This document shows, one piece after another, positions 1 through 9,723 of a DNA stretch of 64,000 nucleotides. Position 1 is the stretch's first letter, and every line of letters starts with the position of its first letter. This DNA is from an uncultured Muribaculaceae bacterium. Its GTDB lineage: Bacteria > Bacteroidota > Bacteroidia > Bacteroidales > Muribaculaceae. The stretch covers positions 24,102 to 88,101 of the forward strand of contig CALUMH010000007.1 of assembly GCA_944321685.1 (NCBI GenBank), in the 5' to 3' direction. Under the pieces are notes generated by a model that saw only the letters and a list, made by a program, of their open reading frames with translations, searched no databases and had not been told where the DNA came from. The position numbers were made by a program, and so were the translations under genes.

Positions 1-678
1 TTGGTCAATTATCAACTTCATAGCAATGAAGCGAAACACATACCGCGAAGTTTCCTCATTCAGATACAAATCAAACGAATTTTCGGCAAACTGCCGCTCC
101 AACTCCTTCGATATGCGCCCCATGCCTGCATTGTAAGAAGCTGCCACAGTGGGCCAGTGCTTATATTTTGCATATGCATCTTTCAAATAGCGGCAAGCGG
201 CCTCGGTCGATTTCTCCGGATCATAACGTTCGTCCACCTCATCGTTCACAATAAGTCCGTATTGCTTGGCCGTGCCTTTCATAAACTGCCACATTCCCAC
301 TGCCCCGGCATAAGAACGAGCCGTGGGGCTCAAGTAACTTTCCACCACGGCAAGGTAAGCAAAATCTTCGGGCACACCATTCTTTTTCAATATAGGCACT
401 ATCACCGGGAAATACCTGTTGGCCCTTTTTATCGAAAGGAACAAATTGCTGTGTCCGTAAATGATTTGCGTCATTTCACGGTCGAGCCGTTCATACATGT
501 CTATGCGGTCGAGCAACACCTGTTCTCCGGCAATCATCACTGCCATCGGCACATCGGGATTTGCCGAAATGGGGTGAAGTCCGGTTATAAACGGCCCGAA
601 GTTCTGTTTGTCTTCGGCCTTCAATACCACACACGATGCCGCCACAAGCAACATCAACGCCAAAAATATCTTTTTCAT
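1..678 (-). CDS. Lytic transglycosylase (SLT) domain protein; partial, C-terminus runs off the window
   Basis: The minus-strand reading frame is open from ATG at 678 down to base 1 (226 codons). It is absent from the ORF track because there is no stop in the window. N-terminal signal MKKIFLALMLLVAASCV. SLT-like core AVVESYLSPTARSYAGAVGMWQFMKGTAKQYGL...SYNAGMGRI. Confidence 0.8.
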   Translation of the reverse strand, partial: MKKIFLALMLLVAASCVVLKAEDKQNFGPFITGLHPISANPDVPMAVMIAGEQVLLDRIDMYERLDREMTQIIYGHSNLFLSIKRANRYFPVIVPILKKNGVPEDFAYLAVVESYLSPTARSYAGAVGMWQFMKGTAKQYGLIVNDEVDERYDPEKSTEAACRYLKDAYAKYKHWPTVAASYNAGMGRISKELERQFAENSFDLYLNEETSRYVFRFIAMKLIIDQ

Positions 679-694
679 CCTCGTGCTTTTTCTC

Positions 695-2053
695 CTATTC
701 GGTCATGCCGCCCGAACTGCTGCGACCGGTACCGGTGTAATTCAATATGTTTATGTCGCCCTTCAGTTTATATTCCACGCCGTCGGCACCGCGAGCCTCT
801 ATCACATAGAAATATGTTCCTGTCTTCACATATTTCCCTTTGTATTTTCCATCCCATCCTTGGTCGGGGCTGTTCAGCTCGCAAATTTTAACGCCCCAAC
901 GATTGAAAATCCAACAATGGAACTCCACAATCGAGCGGTATGACACTCGCCACTCGTCATTGATGCCTTCACTCGCTTGCGGTGAAAACGCATTAGGGCA
1001 TTCAAGGCTCGATTCGCCTATGAATACAGTATATGTCTCCCCTATCGCTTCACACTCGCCCGAGCCGTCGGCACCATAAAACCTGAAATAAAATGTTCCG
1101 CCTTCGTTAAACGTTTGAGTAATTTCCGGTTGGTTGAAACGGCTTTCTATGTTGTTAAATTCCTGGTCGCGCGACATCTGCCACTCGTTGTGCATCATTG
1201 CATCGGTGCAGTAAGCTGTGAACGTTATTGTCGCCGGAGCCGAACCGCCCATAGTGGAGCCGTCTTCTTCGCCCGAACCTTTTTCATTGGCCACATCGCG
1301 CTCTTCCTGTACCGCCGTGGTTTCAACGGCAACAGCACTCGTCATGTAAGTGCTGCTCGTCACGCTTTCTTCCATTCCCCAAAAGCGCAAGAACCTATCG
1401 CCATGCAACGTGAACTCGGTATTGCAATACGGTGCAGGCACAGCTATGGCCGTACCGAATGTTTCTATATTTTCCTCGACCTCGGTCTCTTCCCACGCTG
1501 CATTTTCATCGTTCCATTCAAGAGTGCGATAAGCCAATGTCAACCCTCGGTCAAGCTGTTGCGGCACACCGTTTATGGTATAATAAGTCATTTCACGGCC
1601 ACTGCCATCGACAAAAATCCGTGTCGTGCCGCAGTCGCGCTGTGAATCGAAACCTAAGGCGCTTAACGACAGTGCATAACCGGAATAATCCATCACCCAC
1701 ACATATGTCCTGTCGGTTCCTTCCTCTATGATATATCCGCAATCAGGCACCACTTGCGGCAACCGCGTCACACGGCTATCGACACGCTCCACACCCGAAA
1801 CCACCTCGGCATATCCGCCGCCGCGTTCACCATAGGTGTACCAAGTAACAGTAGCGCTTGTGTTGCTTTGTGTGTAATTCATCGACACGCCGTCGCTGTC
1901 ATATATTACATATATACGGTCGAGTCCGGTCGAAGCGGCAGGTTGTTCCTCAAATACAGCCCTGCTGCCGCCGGTAAAAGAAACCTGTTGCGGCATAACT
2001 TCAAGAAATGCCGCAAACAGGAATATCAAAGTGACAAATAATGACTTTTTCAT
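695..2053 (-). CDS. Secreted protein with a T9SS type-B C-terminal sorting domain (gliding-motility-associated CTD)
   Basis: N-terminal signal MKKSLFVTLIFLFAAFL. The C-terminus CPNAFSPQASEGINDEW...IFNRWGVKI...GWDGKYKGKYVKTGTYFYVIEA...KGDINILN matches the PNAFSPNGDGINDxF...FNRWG...GWDG...GTYYY pattern of type-B CTDs. Confidence 0.8.
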   Translation of the reverse strand: MKKSLFVTLIFLFAAFLEVMPQQVSFTGGSRAVFEEQPAASTGLDRIYVIYDSDGVSMNYTQSNTSATVTWYTYGERGGGYAEVVSGVERVDSRVTRLPQVVPDCGYIIEEGTDRTYVWVMDYSGYALSLSALGFDSQRDCGTTRIFVDGSGREMTYYTINGVPQQLDRGLTLAYRTLEWNDENAAWEETEVEENIETFGTAIAVPAPYCNTEFTLHGDRFLRFWGMEESVTSSTYMTSAVAVETTAVQEERDVANEKGSGEEDGSTMGGSAPATITFTAYCTDAMMHNEWQMSRDQEFNNIESRFNQPEITQTFNEGGTFYFRFYGADGSGECEAIGETYTVFIGESSLECPNAFSPQASEGINDEWRVSYRSIVEFHCWIFNRWGVKICELNSPDQGWDGKYKGKYVKTGTYFYVIEARGADGVEYKLKGDINILNYTGTGRSSSGGMTE

Positions 2054-2062
2054 TCAATTTTT

Positions 2063-3307
2063 TTATTCCAACTTATGGATCACAAGCCCCGACCGCAATT
2101 TAGGCTCAAACCAAGTTGTCTTCGGCGGCATTATGTTGCCACTGTCGGCAATAGCCAGCAACTGGTGCATGGTTACCGGGTAAAGGGCCAATGCCATGGC
2201 CATTTCGCCGCTATCGACACGTGCCTGCAATTCGCCAAGGCCGCGAATGCCGCCGACGAAATCAATGCGCTTGTCGCGCCGCAAGTCGGTTATGTCCAAT
2301 ATCTCGTCAAGTATATATTTCGACGATACCGTAACATCGAGGCAAAGTATCGGGTCGTTGTCGTCGTAAGTATCGGCATGAGCCGTGAGCGAATACCAAT
2401 TGCCCCCGACATACATCGCAAAATTATGCAACCCTGCCGGATGATAAATCTCCTTGCCCATGAACTGCACGTCGAAATGCTTGCCAAGCAAAGTTATAAA
2501 TTCCTCTTCGCTGTGCCCGTTCAAATCCTTTACCAGGCGATTGTAATCGATTATCTTAAGGTGCGATTCGGGGAAGCATACGGCAAGGAAATAATTATAC
2601 TCCTCATCTCCACGATGACCGGGGTTGTTACGAGCCATCTCGGCACCCACAAGGGCAGCCGCAGCCGTGCGGTGGTGGCCGTCGGCAATATACAATGCAG
2701 GCAGCGTCTCAAATGCCCCGGTAATGCGGCCGACGGTGTCGCTGTCGCTTATTACCCACAATTCGTGCCTTATGCCGTCTTCACTTGTGAAATCATATTC
2801 CGGTTTCCCGGCAGACACCTTGTCGATTACGCTTTGCAATTCCTCGTTGTCATGGAAAGCAAAAAACACCGGTTCTATGTTGGCCCGAGTGTTGCGGATA
2901 TGCTTCATTCGGTCCTCTTCCTTGTCGTGGCGCGTCAATTCATGTTTCTTAATGCGCCCTTCCAAGTAATCGTTCACATTCGATGCCACCACAAGTCCAT
3001 ATTGCTTATGGTCGCCCATCGTCTGGGCATACAGGTAATAACATTCCTTGTCATCCTGCACAAGCCAGCCTTTTTCTTGGAACATGGCAAAATTTTCCAC
3101 TGCTCGCTTATACACCTCGCCGTCATGTTCATCGGTTCCTTCGGGGAACTCTATTTCAGGCCGGGTGATGTGATATAACGATTGCGCATTGTCGGCGGCT
3201 TCTTTTCGCGCTTCAGTCGAATTCAACACATCATACGGGCGTGCAGCCACTTTCTCCACAATCTCCCTTGGGGGGCGCAAACCCTTGAACGGTTTTACCT
3301 TTACCAT
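2063..3307 (-). CDS. DUF1015 domain-containing protein
   Basis: 414-aa ORF. N-terminus MVKVKPFKGLRPPREIVEKVAARPYDVL and an ADGHHR motif are typical of the DUF1015 family. Confidence 0.8.
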   Translation of the reverse strand: MVKVKPFKGLRPPREIVEKVAARPYDVLNSTEARKEAADNAQSLYHITRPEIEFPEGTDEHDGEVYKRAVENFAMFQEKGWLVQDDKECYYLYAQTMGDHKQYGLVVASNVNDYLEGRIKKHELTRHDKEEDRMKHIRNTRANIEPVFFAFHDNEELQSVIDKVSAGKPEYDFTSEDGIRHELWVISDSDTVGRITGAFETLPALYIADGHHRTAAAALVGAEMARNNPGHRGDEEYNYFLAVCFPESHLKIIDYNRLVKDLNGHSEEEFITLLGKHFDVQFMGKEIYHPAGLHNFAMYVGGNWYSLTAHADTYDDNDPILCLDVTVSSKYILDEILDITDLRRDKRIDFVGGIRGLGELQARVDSGEMAMALALYPVTMHQLLAIADSGNIMPPKTTWFEPKLRSGLVIHKLE

Positions 3308-3311
3308 AGTC

Positions 3312-4583
3312 TTATCGGTTATTTCGTAAATCTATAGTCTGCTTCCTGTCGGGGCCAACCGAAATGATGGTGATTGGCACATTCAATTCCTTTTCAAGGT
3401 AACTGATGTAGTCCTTGAACTGCTTGGGGAATTGGTCGGGTGAAGTGATGCTTGTCATATCCACGTTCCAACCTTCCATTTCGGTATATACGGGTTCTAT
3501 GCCATGCTCTATGTCATAGGGGAAATCACGTGTTTCCACACCGTTCACACGATAAGCGTTGCACACTTTCACGGTCTCGAAACCATCGAGCACGTCGCTC
3601 TTCATCATTATCAACTGGGTAACGCCGTTAAGCATTATGGTGTAACGCAATGCCACCAGGTCGATCCATCCGCAACGACGCTCGCGGCCTGTGACAGCTC
3701 CGTATTCATGTCCTATGTCGCGTATCTTCGCTCCTGTTTCATCATGCAATTCGGTAGGGAACGGGCCGCTGCCCACGCGCGTGCAATATGCCTTGAATAT
3801 GCCATACACCTCACCTATTTTATTCGGAGCCACACCAAGTCCGGCACAAGCACCGGCGCAAACGGTATTGGACGAGGTGACAAAGGGGTACGAACCGAAA
3901 TCCACGTCGAGCATACTGCCTTGTGCTCCCTCGCACAATATCTTTTTGCCTTCGGCCAAATATTTATTAACTACAAATTCGCTGTCGATTATGTCATATT
4001 GCTTGAGGTATTCTATGGCACCGAGCCACTTGGTTTCGGCCTCGGCAATGTCAACCGCCTCGCCCAGTGCATTAAGCAAATTCAAATGGCGATTTTTGGC
4101 AATACGGTACTTTTCGTCGAAGTTGCAAAATATATCCCCTATGCGCAAACCGTTACGGCTCACCTTGTCGGTATATGTGGGGCCTATGCCTTTGCCCGTG
4201 GTGCCGATTTTTGCATCACCTTTAAGTTTCTCATATGCAGCATCGAGCAAGCGGTGCGTAGGCATTATCAAATGTGCTTTTTTCGATATTTTCAACACGT
4301 GCTTCAAGTCAACGCCGCTGTGCATAAGCGACTCGGCCTCTTCCATAAACAATACCGGGTCGAGTACCACGCCATTGCCTATGATGTTAACCTGCCCATG
4401 CTGGAAAATGCCCGAAGGTATCGACCGCAATACATATTTTTTCCCTTCAAATTCAAGGGTATGGCCGGCATTAGGCCCGCCTTGGAAACGAGCCACCACA
4501 TCATAATGCGGCGTTAATACGTCCACAACCTTTCCTTTTCCCTCGTCGCCCCATTGAAGGCCTAGTAATACATCCACTTTCAT
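3312..4583 (-). CDS. purA: Adenylosuccinate synthase
   Basis: MKVDVLLGLQWGDEGKGKVVDVL...QGGPNAGHTL, the canonical PurA P-loop N-terminus; 423 aa. Confidence 0.97.
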   Translation of the reverse strand: MKVDVLLGLQWGDEGKGKVVDVLTPHYDVVARFQGGPNAGHTLEFEGKKYVLRSIPSGIFQHGQVNIIGNGVVLDPVLFMEEAESLMHSGVDLKHVLKISKKAHLIMPTHRLLDAAYEKLKGDAKIGTTGKGIGPTYTDKVSRNGLRIGDIFCNFDEKYRIAKNRHLNLLNALGEAVDIAEAETKWLGAIEYLKQYDIIDSEFVVNKYLAEGKKILCEGAQGSMLDVDFGSYPFVTSSNTVCAGACAGLGVAPNKIGEVYGIFKAYCTRVGSGPFPTELHDETGAKIRDIGHEYGAVTGRERRCGWIDLVALRYTIMLNGVTQLIMMKSDVLDGFETVKVCNAYRVNGVETRDFPYDIEHGIEPVYTEMEGWNVDMTSITSPDQFPKQFKDYISYLEKELNVPITIISVGPDRKQTIDLRNNR

Positions 4584-5104
4584 AATTTTGATGGTGTTAT
4601 ATCTTTTTTGTTAGTATTCAATTTGCGCTTTACTTTGCGTGCGCACGCATTGCACACGCCGTATATATACAACACATAATATGATGCCGTAAACGACGGA
4701 TAACGCTTCGAATTCATGTATTTCATTAACTCGGCATCCTTTATCTCCTTGATTTTGCCGCATTCGGTGCAAATCAAGTGGTGATGATTAAGCGTGTCGG
4801 CCATGCACTCATATTGCGACTGGTTGCTGCCGAACCGGTGCCGCCGCAATATTCCGCAATCGGTAAGCAAGTCGAGCGTGTTGTAAATCGTTGCACGGCT
4901 CACATGGTACGAATCTTCTTCCATTCGGCGATAAAGCACATCGGCGCTGAAATGCTCGCCAAACGACATGGCCATGTCCAATATGGCAAACCGCTCGGGC
5001 GTTTTGCGCATCTTGTGAGCTTCCATATACATGGCAAACTTGCTCTTGGCATTCAATTTCAACTTATCGTCAATCATCGTAATTTCTTGCATGGACGCAA
5101 CCAT
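4580..5104 (-). CDS. Fur family transcriptional regulator
   Basis: Winged-helix motif RATIYNTLDLLTDCGILRR plus metal motifs HHHLICTECGK and CNAC. The start is trimmed to ATG 5104 (MVASMQEI) because a TATCTTTG -7 box lies at 5127-5134, inside the longer ORF. The stop overlaps the purA start by 4 nt (ATGA). Confidence 0.85.
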   Translation of the reverse strand: MVASMQEITMIDDKLKLNAKSKFAMYMEAHKMRKTPERFAILDMAMSFGEHFSADVLYRRMEEDSYHVSRATIYNTLDLLTDCGILRRHRFGSNQSQYECMADTLNHHHLICTECGKIKEIKDAELMKYMNSKRYPSFTASYYVLYIYGVCNACARKVKRKLNTNKKDITPSKL

Positions 5105-5126
5105 ATCATTCGCCCAAGCCCAACTG

Positions 5127-5134
5127 CAAAGATA
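5127..5134 (-). promoter_or_regulatory. Bacteroidota -7 promoter box (TATCTTTG) for the fur-like gene
   Basis: Plus strand reads caaagata, so the minus strand reads TATCTTTG. It lies 23 nt upstream of ATG 5104. Confidence 0.5.
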
Positions 5135-5342
5135 ATGCAACTTAAACTCAATTGCAAATAATAAGCCACTCACTCCACACTATATAAATTGTATTAGAAG
5201 TCGCAGATTTTATATCCTTGATTTTTACCCATATGCTGCTCCCTCAAAAATCATTTTTACTGTTCATAATTCCGTGGTGCAAGCCCGCGCCGTGTAACAT
5301 CCGACCAACGCGCCGACCTATGGGATACAGGCCGCCTGCCGA

Positions 5343-5396
5343 TATAAGCAAAGCGGCAATGGCTGCACACCGGGTGTGTGACCATTGCCGCTTATA
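5343..5396 (-). terminator. Hairpin downstream of the aminotransferase gene
   Basis: Arms agcggcaatgg (5352-5362) and ccattgccgct (5382-5392), with an inner cacaccgggtgtg hairpin. The minus-strand flank is T-rich. Confidence 0.45.
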
Positions 5397-5435
5397 TTAG
5401 GTTAATATGATACCTTCCGGAAGGGGAAGATCAAG

Positions 5436-6629
5436 TTACTGCAACTTTGCAAGTACCGAGGCTATGCGTTTTGCGGCCTCGCGGATATTATCGTCGCTTG
5501 TGGCATAACTCAGGCGAATGTAACCGGGGGCACAGAATGCCGCACCATCGACGGTGGCCACATGAGCCTCGTCGAGCAGGTACAGGGCCAGGTCGCCCGA
5601 CGTGGTTATGGTGTGGCCGCCGTGGCTCTTGCCTATATAAGCCGACACTTCGGGGAACACATAAAATGCGCCCTCGGGATTGCCTATTTTCAATCCCGGA
5701 ATTTCTTTCAACAACGAAACAATCAAATCACGACGACGCTCGAAGGCTCGGCGCATCTCTTCGACACAATCCTGCGGACCCACATAAGCCTCTTCGGCAG
5801 CCTTTTGGGCTATCGATGACGCCCCCGATGTGTATTGGCCCTGCAACTTATTGCAAGCCTTGGCAAGCCACAGTGGAGCGGCAAGGAACCCAATACGCCA
5901 ACCCGTCATTGCATATGCCTTCGACACACCGTTAACAATTGCCACACGGTCGCGTATATTTTCAAACTGGGCGATGGAATTAAACTCGCCGGTGTAATTG
6001 ATATGTTCATATATCTCGTCGGCAAGCACCAAGATATCGGGGTGAGCGGCAATCACATCGGCAAGTGCCTTCAATTCTTCACGCGAATACACGCTGCCAG
6101 TGGGATTCGACGGCGAGCAAAGCAGCACCATGCGGGTGCGCGGCGTGATGGCCGCAGCAAGTTGTTCGGGAGTAATCTTGAAATTCTGTTCAAGCGAAGC
6201 AGGCACAAGCACACATTTACCCTCGGCAAGTTTCACCATCTCCACATAGCTCACCCATGCCGGAGTGGGGATAATCACCTCGTCGCCGGGATTGACGGCA
6301 GCAAGAATGCAGTTGCACAACGATTGCTTTGCACCGTTTGACACAATTATTTGCTCGGGAGCGAAATCAAGGCCGTTTTCACGTTTCAATTTCGCACAAA
6401 TAGCCTTGCGCAACGACAAATAGCCGGGTACGGGAGAATAAAACGAGAAATTGTCATCGATGGCTCGCTTTGCGGCCTCTTTTATATGGTCGGGGGTGAA
6501 AAAGTCGGGTTCTCCCACCGAAAGGTTGATCACATCCACACCTTGAGCCTTCAGCTCGTTGCTCTTCTGCGACATCGCCAACGTTGCCGACGGCGACATT
6601 GCCTTAATCCTTTCAGATATATGCTCCAT
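5436..6629 (-). CDS. Pyridoxal-phosphate-dependent aminotransferase (aspartate aminotransferase-like, class I/II)
   Basis: INLSVGEPDFFTP, NPTGSVYS and SKAYAMTGWRIG (PLP-lysine motif). The start is set to the ATG at 6629 (MEHISERIKAM); the track start at 6707 is a TTG. Confidence 0.9.
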   Translation of the reverse strand: MEHISERIKAMSPSATLAMSQKSNELKAQGVDVINLSVGEPDFFTPDHIKEAAKRAIDDNFSFYSPVPGYLSLRKAICAKLKRENGLDFAPEQIIVSNGAKQSLCNCILAAVNPGDEVIIPTPAWVSYVEMVKLAEGKCVLVPASLEQNFKITPEQLAAAITPRTRMVLLCSPSNPTGSVYSREELKALADVIAAHPDILVLADEIYEHINYTGEFNSIAQFENIRDRVAIVNGVSKAYAMTGWRIGFLAAPLWLAKACNKLQGQYTSGASSIAQKAAEEAYVGPQDCVEEMRRAFERRRDLIVSLLKEIPGLKIGNPEGAFYVFPEVSAYIGKSHGGHTITTSGDLALYLLDEAHVATVDGAAFCAPGYIRLSYATSDDNIREAAKRIASVLAKLQ

Positions 6630-6697
6630 GTCTATAAAATTAATTTGCTGCAAAATTACACATAAAATCGGCAAAATGCCAATTATCGCGCCCACTA

Positions 6698-7567
6698 TTA
6701 ATGCCAACCGAGCAAGTCAAGCACCTCGTGCCGCACAAGTGTGTCGAGCGAATACCACGGCAGCGACACCGTAACGGCCCCTATGGCCCACGGGCCTATT
6801 TCATATGGGTTGAAATAAAACACCACATTGCTGCCATCGAAATAGAACATAGGCGACTGCAATGAAAAATCTACGGCTCCAGCATTTATGCCTGCCAATT
6901 CAAGAAGTTGCTCATCGGTAGTGGCATTATATTGCTCGCGCAATGCACTCTTAACGGCCTCCGTCAAATCGGCTGTCCGTCCGGGCAGCACTATGTCGTC
7001 AAACCCCAGCACCTTTCCTTCGGCAACATCAAAATTCACAAACGAAGACGAGTAAACCGGGTGCGCACCGCCACCATACATATACCCATATATTTCAAAT
7101 GCGGCATAACGGCTGTTGACACTGAGTACATTCACGTCGATGCTGCGCTCCAATATGCGCACATCAATATCGACATCGGGAACGGAATCCACACGCACAA
7201 GCCGGCTGCCGTCGTCCATGGTTACAGGATCGGCCACATAACGGCTCATGGCCTCATCAACCGACGTCGGCCGTTCATTACCGAAACACCGTGCCAACAA
7301 AGTGTCTTGCAAGGGCTTGACATCGGCATTGCCGAGTTTTTCGGGCCACTGCAAAGTGACATGAGTTCTCGTATAAAGTTTCACACTGTCGCCAAAAGTC
7401 GCATCGCCTTCACACAAGTAATCGGCAGTCAACGATTTTTCAACAATACCAATCTCAAAATCAGTAACTCCCACCCCGTTGTTGCCGGTCACAGTTCCGT
7501 TTTTTCCCGAACAAGCGGCAAGCACAATTGCCGACAACACCACAACAAAATATTTTCCCATTTTCAT
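6698..7567 (-). CDS. DUF3298/DUF4163-type lipoprotein (RsiV/PdaC-like fold)
   Basis: Lipobox MKMGKYFVVVLSAIVLAAC. GYMYGGGAHPVYSSSFVNFD and NPYEIGPWAIG motifs are typical of DUF3298. Confidence 0.7.
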   Translation of the reverse strand: MKMGKYFVVVLSAIVLAACSGKNGTVTGNNGVGVTDFEIGIVEKSLTADYLCEGDATFGDSVKLYTRTHVTLQWPEKLGNADVKPLQDTLLARCFGNERPTSVDEAMSRYVADPVTMDDGSRLVRVDSVPDVDIDVRILERSIDVNVLSVNSRYAAFEIYGYMYGGGAHPVYSSSFVNFDVAEGKVLGFDDIVLPGRTADLTEAVKSALREQYNATTDEQLLELAGINAGAVDFSLQSPMFYFDGSNVVFYFNPYEIGPWAIGAVTVSLPWYSLDTLVRHEVLDLLGWH

Positions 7568-7713
7568 AAACATTTTAATAACTCCACAAACATACAAAAA
7601 TTTCCCTTTAACATACCCAAATGCCCCGACAAAAGTTTTTAAGACTAACCACTAAGGGCAAAAAACAGCGAAACACCGCACACTTGAATTGTCTGCGGTG
7701 TTTCGTTGCTTTG

Positions 7714-7800
7714 CGGAAAGACAGGGATTCGAACCCTGGATACAGTTACCTGTATAACGGTTTTCGAGACCGCCCCGTTCGGCCACTCCGGCATCTTTCC
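7714..7800 (-). tRNA. tRNA-Ser (anticodon CGA)
   Basis: Minus-strand sequence GGAAAGATGCCGGAGTGGCCGAACGGGGCGGTCTCGAAAACCGTTATACAGGTAACTGTATCCAGGGTTCGAATCCCTGTCTTTCCG. It has a 7-bp acceptor stem, anticodon loop CU-CGA-AA, a long variable arm and a GGTTCGAATCC T-loop. No CCA is encoded. Confidence 0.9.
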
Positions 7801-7815
7801 ATTGCACTTTCGCAA

Positions 7816-7832
7816 TTGCGAGTGCAAAGTTA
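7816..7832 (-). promoter_or_regulatory. tRNA-Ser promoter, -7 box TAACTTTG
   Basis: Plus strand reads ttgcgagtgcaaagtta. The -7 box is at 7825-7832, 25 nt from the tRNA 5' end. An identical 17-mer precedes the second tRNA-Ser at 43721-43737. Confidence 0.55.
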
Positions 7833-7892
7833 AGGGTTATTTTTCAATATCGCAATAGCCGATGCAACTTTTTTTGCCATTGCAATATCACA

Positions 7893-8537
7893 TTACAACT
7901 GTTTCAAGCCGTGAATTGCGGCAGCAGGGTCTTCGGCACTGAACACATAATTGCCTGCGACCAATATGTCGGCTCCTGCCACGGCCAGCAACTTGCCCGT
8001 CTCCAAGTTCACGCCGCCATCAATTTCTACAAGTGCTTTCGATCCTGTTTCGGCTATCAATGCACGCAAGTCGGCAAGCTTGCGCAAAGTACCGTGGATG
8101 AATTTCTGTCCGCCGAAACCGGGATTTACCGACATGAGCAACACCAAGTTAAGCTCGGATATTATGTCACGGAGCATACACACCGGAGTTGCCGGATTAA
8201 GCGTCACACCGGCTTTCATCCCGGCAGCCTTGATTTGCTGCACAGTGCGGTTAAGGTGCGTACACGCCTCATAATGCACATTCATTATCTCGGCACCGCA
8301 ATCGCGCACTTCACTCACAAACTTCTGCGGCTCCACTATCATCAAGTGCACGTCGAGCGGCTTGTGGCACACTTTCTGCACATATTTCATCACAGGAAAG
8401 CCGAACGAAATATTAGGCACAAACACCCCGTCCATCACATCAAGGTGCAACATATCGGCCTCGCTCCCATTAATCATGTCGAGGTCGCGGTTAAGGTTGC
8501 CGAAATCGGCCGAAAGCAATGAAGGTGATACTAACAT
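7893..8537 (-). CDS. rpe: Ribulose-phosphate 3-epimerase
   Basis: SPSLLSADFGNLNRDL...LHLDVMDGVFVPNISFG...MSVNPGFGGQKF, the canonical Rpe motifs. Confidence 0.95.
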   Translation of the reverse strand: MLVSPSLLSADFGNLNRDLDMINGSEADMLHLDVMDGVFVPNISFGFPVMKYVQKVCHKPLDVHLMIVEPQKFVSEVRDCGAEIMNVHYEACTHLNRTVQQIKAAGMKAGVTLNPATPVCMLRDIISELNLVLLMSVNPGFGGQKFIHGTLRKLADLRALIAETGSKALVEIDGGVNLETGKLLAVAGADILVAGNYVFSAEDPAAAIHGLKQL

Positions 8538-8547
8538 GACTATATTA

Positions 8548-9210
8548 TTATTTTTCGGAAATCTCTACGGTTGCAGGCTTTTTCTTTTTGAAAGCATGGT
8601 ATAATATAAACACCACTATCAATGCAATTATGGCATAGCCCACATAATTGAGATATTGATTGTAATGTTCGATTTGTGCGCGCAACTCGGGTTCCTCGAC
8701 AAATGTGCTGAGCCAAAAACCCAGTGCTGCAAGCACCGCGTTCCACAGACCTGCACCAAGCGTGGTATATAGCAAAAACTTGCCGAAGTGCATACGCGCA
8801 AGTCCTGCAGGAATTGAAATCAGCTGACGAATGGCCGGCAACAAGCGACCCACAAATGTAGAAACAGCCCCGTGACGGTCGAAATAATCTTCGGCCTGCT
8901 TCACTTTCTCGCCATTGAGTAGGCAGATATGCCCGAGGCGGCTGTCGGCAAACTTGTAAACCAGCGGACGGCCTATCCACAAGGCAACATAATAATTGAA
9001 TATCGCTCCTATCATAGCACCAAGCGTGGCAAATACCACCACCAAATAAATGTTCAGTCCGCTACCGGGCTGCATTGCCTTGAATGCGGCGGGCGGAACG
9101 ACAATTTCGGAGGGAAATGGAATAAACGAACTCTCGATTGCCATCAACAGGGTAATCCATCCATAGTTCATGTTTTCCATAAACCATTCGTAAATTGCAA
9201 GTGTATCCAT
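8548..9210 (-). CDS. DedA family membrane protein
   Basis: ESSFIPFPSEIVVPPAAF and GRLLPAIRQLISIPAGLARM are DedA signatures. The start is set at MDTLAIYEW (ATG 9210), downstream of the TATCTTTG box at 9250-9257. Confidence 0.85.
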   Translation of the reverse strand: MDTLAIYEWFMENMNYGWITLLMAIESSFIPFPSEIVVPPAAFKAMQPGSGLNIYLVVVFATLGAMIGAIFNYYVALWIGRPLVYKFADSRLGHICLLNGEKVKQAEDYFDRHGAVSTFVGRLLPAIRQLISIPAGLARMHFGKFLLYTTLGAGLWNAVLAALGFWLSTFVEEPELRAQIEHYNQYLNYVGYAIIALIVVFILYHAFKKKKPATVEISEK

Positions 9211-9249
9211 ACCTATTTTTATTGATTTGTAAAGTTTTGTATTGCGCCG

Positions 9250-9257
9250 CAAAGATA
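9250..9257 (-). promoter_or_regulatory. -7 promoter box (TATCTTTG) for the dedA-like gene
   Basis: Plus strand reads caaagata, 40 nt upstream of ATG 9210. Confidence 0.45.
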
Positions 9258-9411
9258 GGCACTATAACCGAGATACGCAAACTCCCGGCAAAGTGTGCAA
9301 AAAATAAAGTCGCCTTGCCCTTATAATCCGAGCAAGACGGCTTATATTTTCTCGATTTGTTCCAAAAGGAATTTGCCGACAATGTCAACAGTTCCCCTCG
9401 ACCGGAACAAT

Positions 9412-9687
9412 TTAGTTTTCTGCAACAGGTTCGGCTGCAACAGGTTGCACAGTTATGTACTTGCGGTTGTTTTTAGTTACAAAAACCACAGTACCGTCGA
9501 TAAGGGCATACAAAGTGTGATCCTTGCCCATACCTACGTTTACACCAGGGTGGTGAACCGTACCGCGTTGACGCTTGATGATGTTTCCGGCTTTAACGCT
9601 TTGACCACCGAAAATTTTAACTCCGAGTCGCTTGCTTTCCGACTCACGGCCGTTCTTAGAACTACCTACACCTTTTTTATGTGCCAT
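9412..9687 (-). CDS. rpmA: 50S ribosomal protein L27
   Basis: [29 protein letters not shown]... Confidence 0.97.
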   Translation of the reverse strand: MAHKKGVGSSKNGRESESKRLGVKIFGGQSVKAGNIIKRQRGTVHHPGVNVGMGKDHTLYALIDGTVVFVTKNNRKYITVQPVAAEPVAEN

Positions 9688-9723
9688 TTCTTTCTAAAAT
9701 TTTTGTGGATTTTGTGTGCTGTC

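Noticed and set aside
1-891. 296-aa plus-strand ORF at the window start; the same applies to many other long ORFs in the track, such as 2075-3178, 3504-4517, 21285-22490, 22578-23945, 25512-26717, 45835-46536 and 61553-62677.
   Set aside because: These are antisense shadows of strongly supported genes on the opposite strand. Their translations are rich in Arg, His and Cys, have low complexity and carry no recognisable motifs.
4580-5173. Longer N-terminal extensions offered by the ORF track: fur-like at 5173, aminotransferase at 6707, ispF at 10833, GH13 at 17583, pfkA at 41876, rpoN at 58715, transporter at 46899, flippase at 50229.
   Set aside because: In each case a TAnnTTTG -7 box lies inside the extension, or the extension overlaps the neighbouring gene or starts at a non-ATG codon. 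The recognisable protein (signal peptide or conserved N-terminus) begins at the internal ATG.
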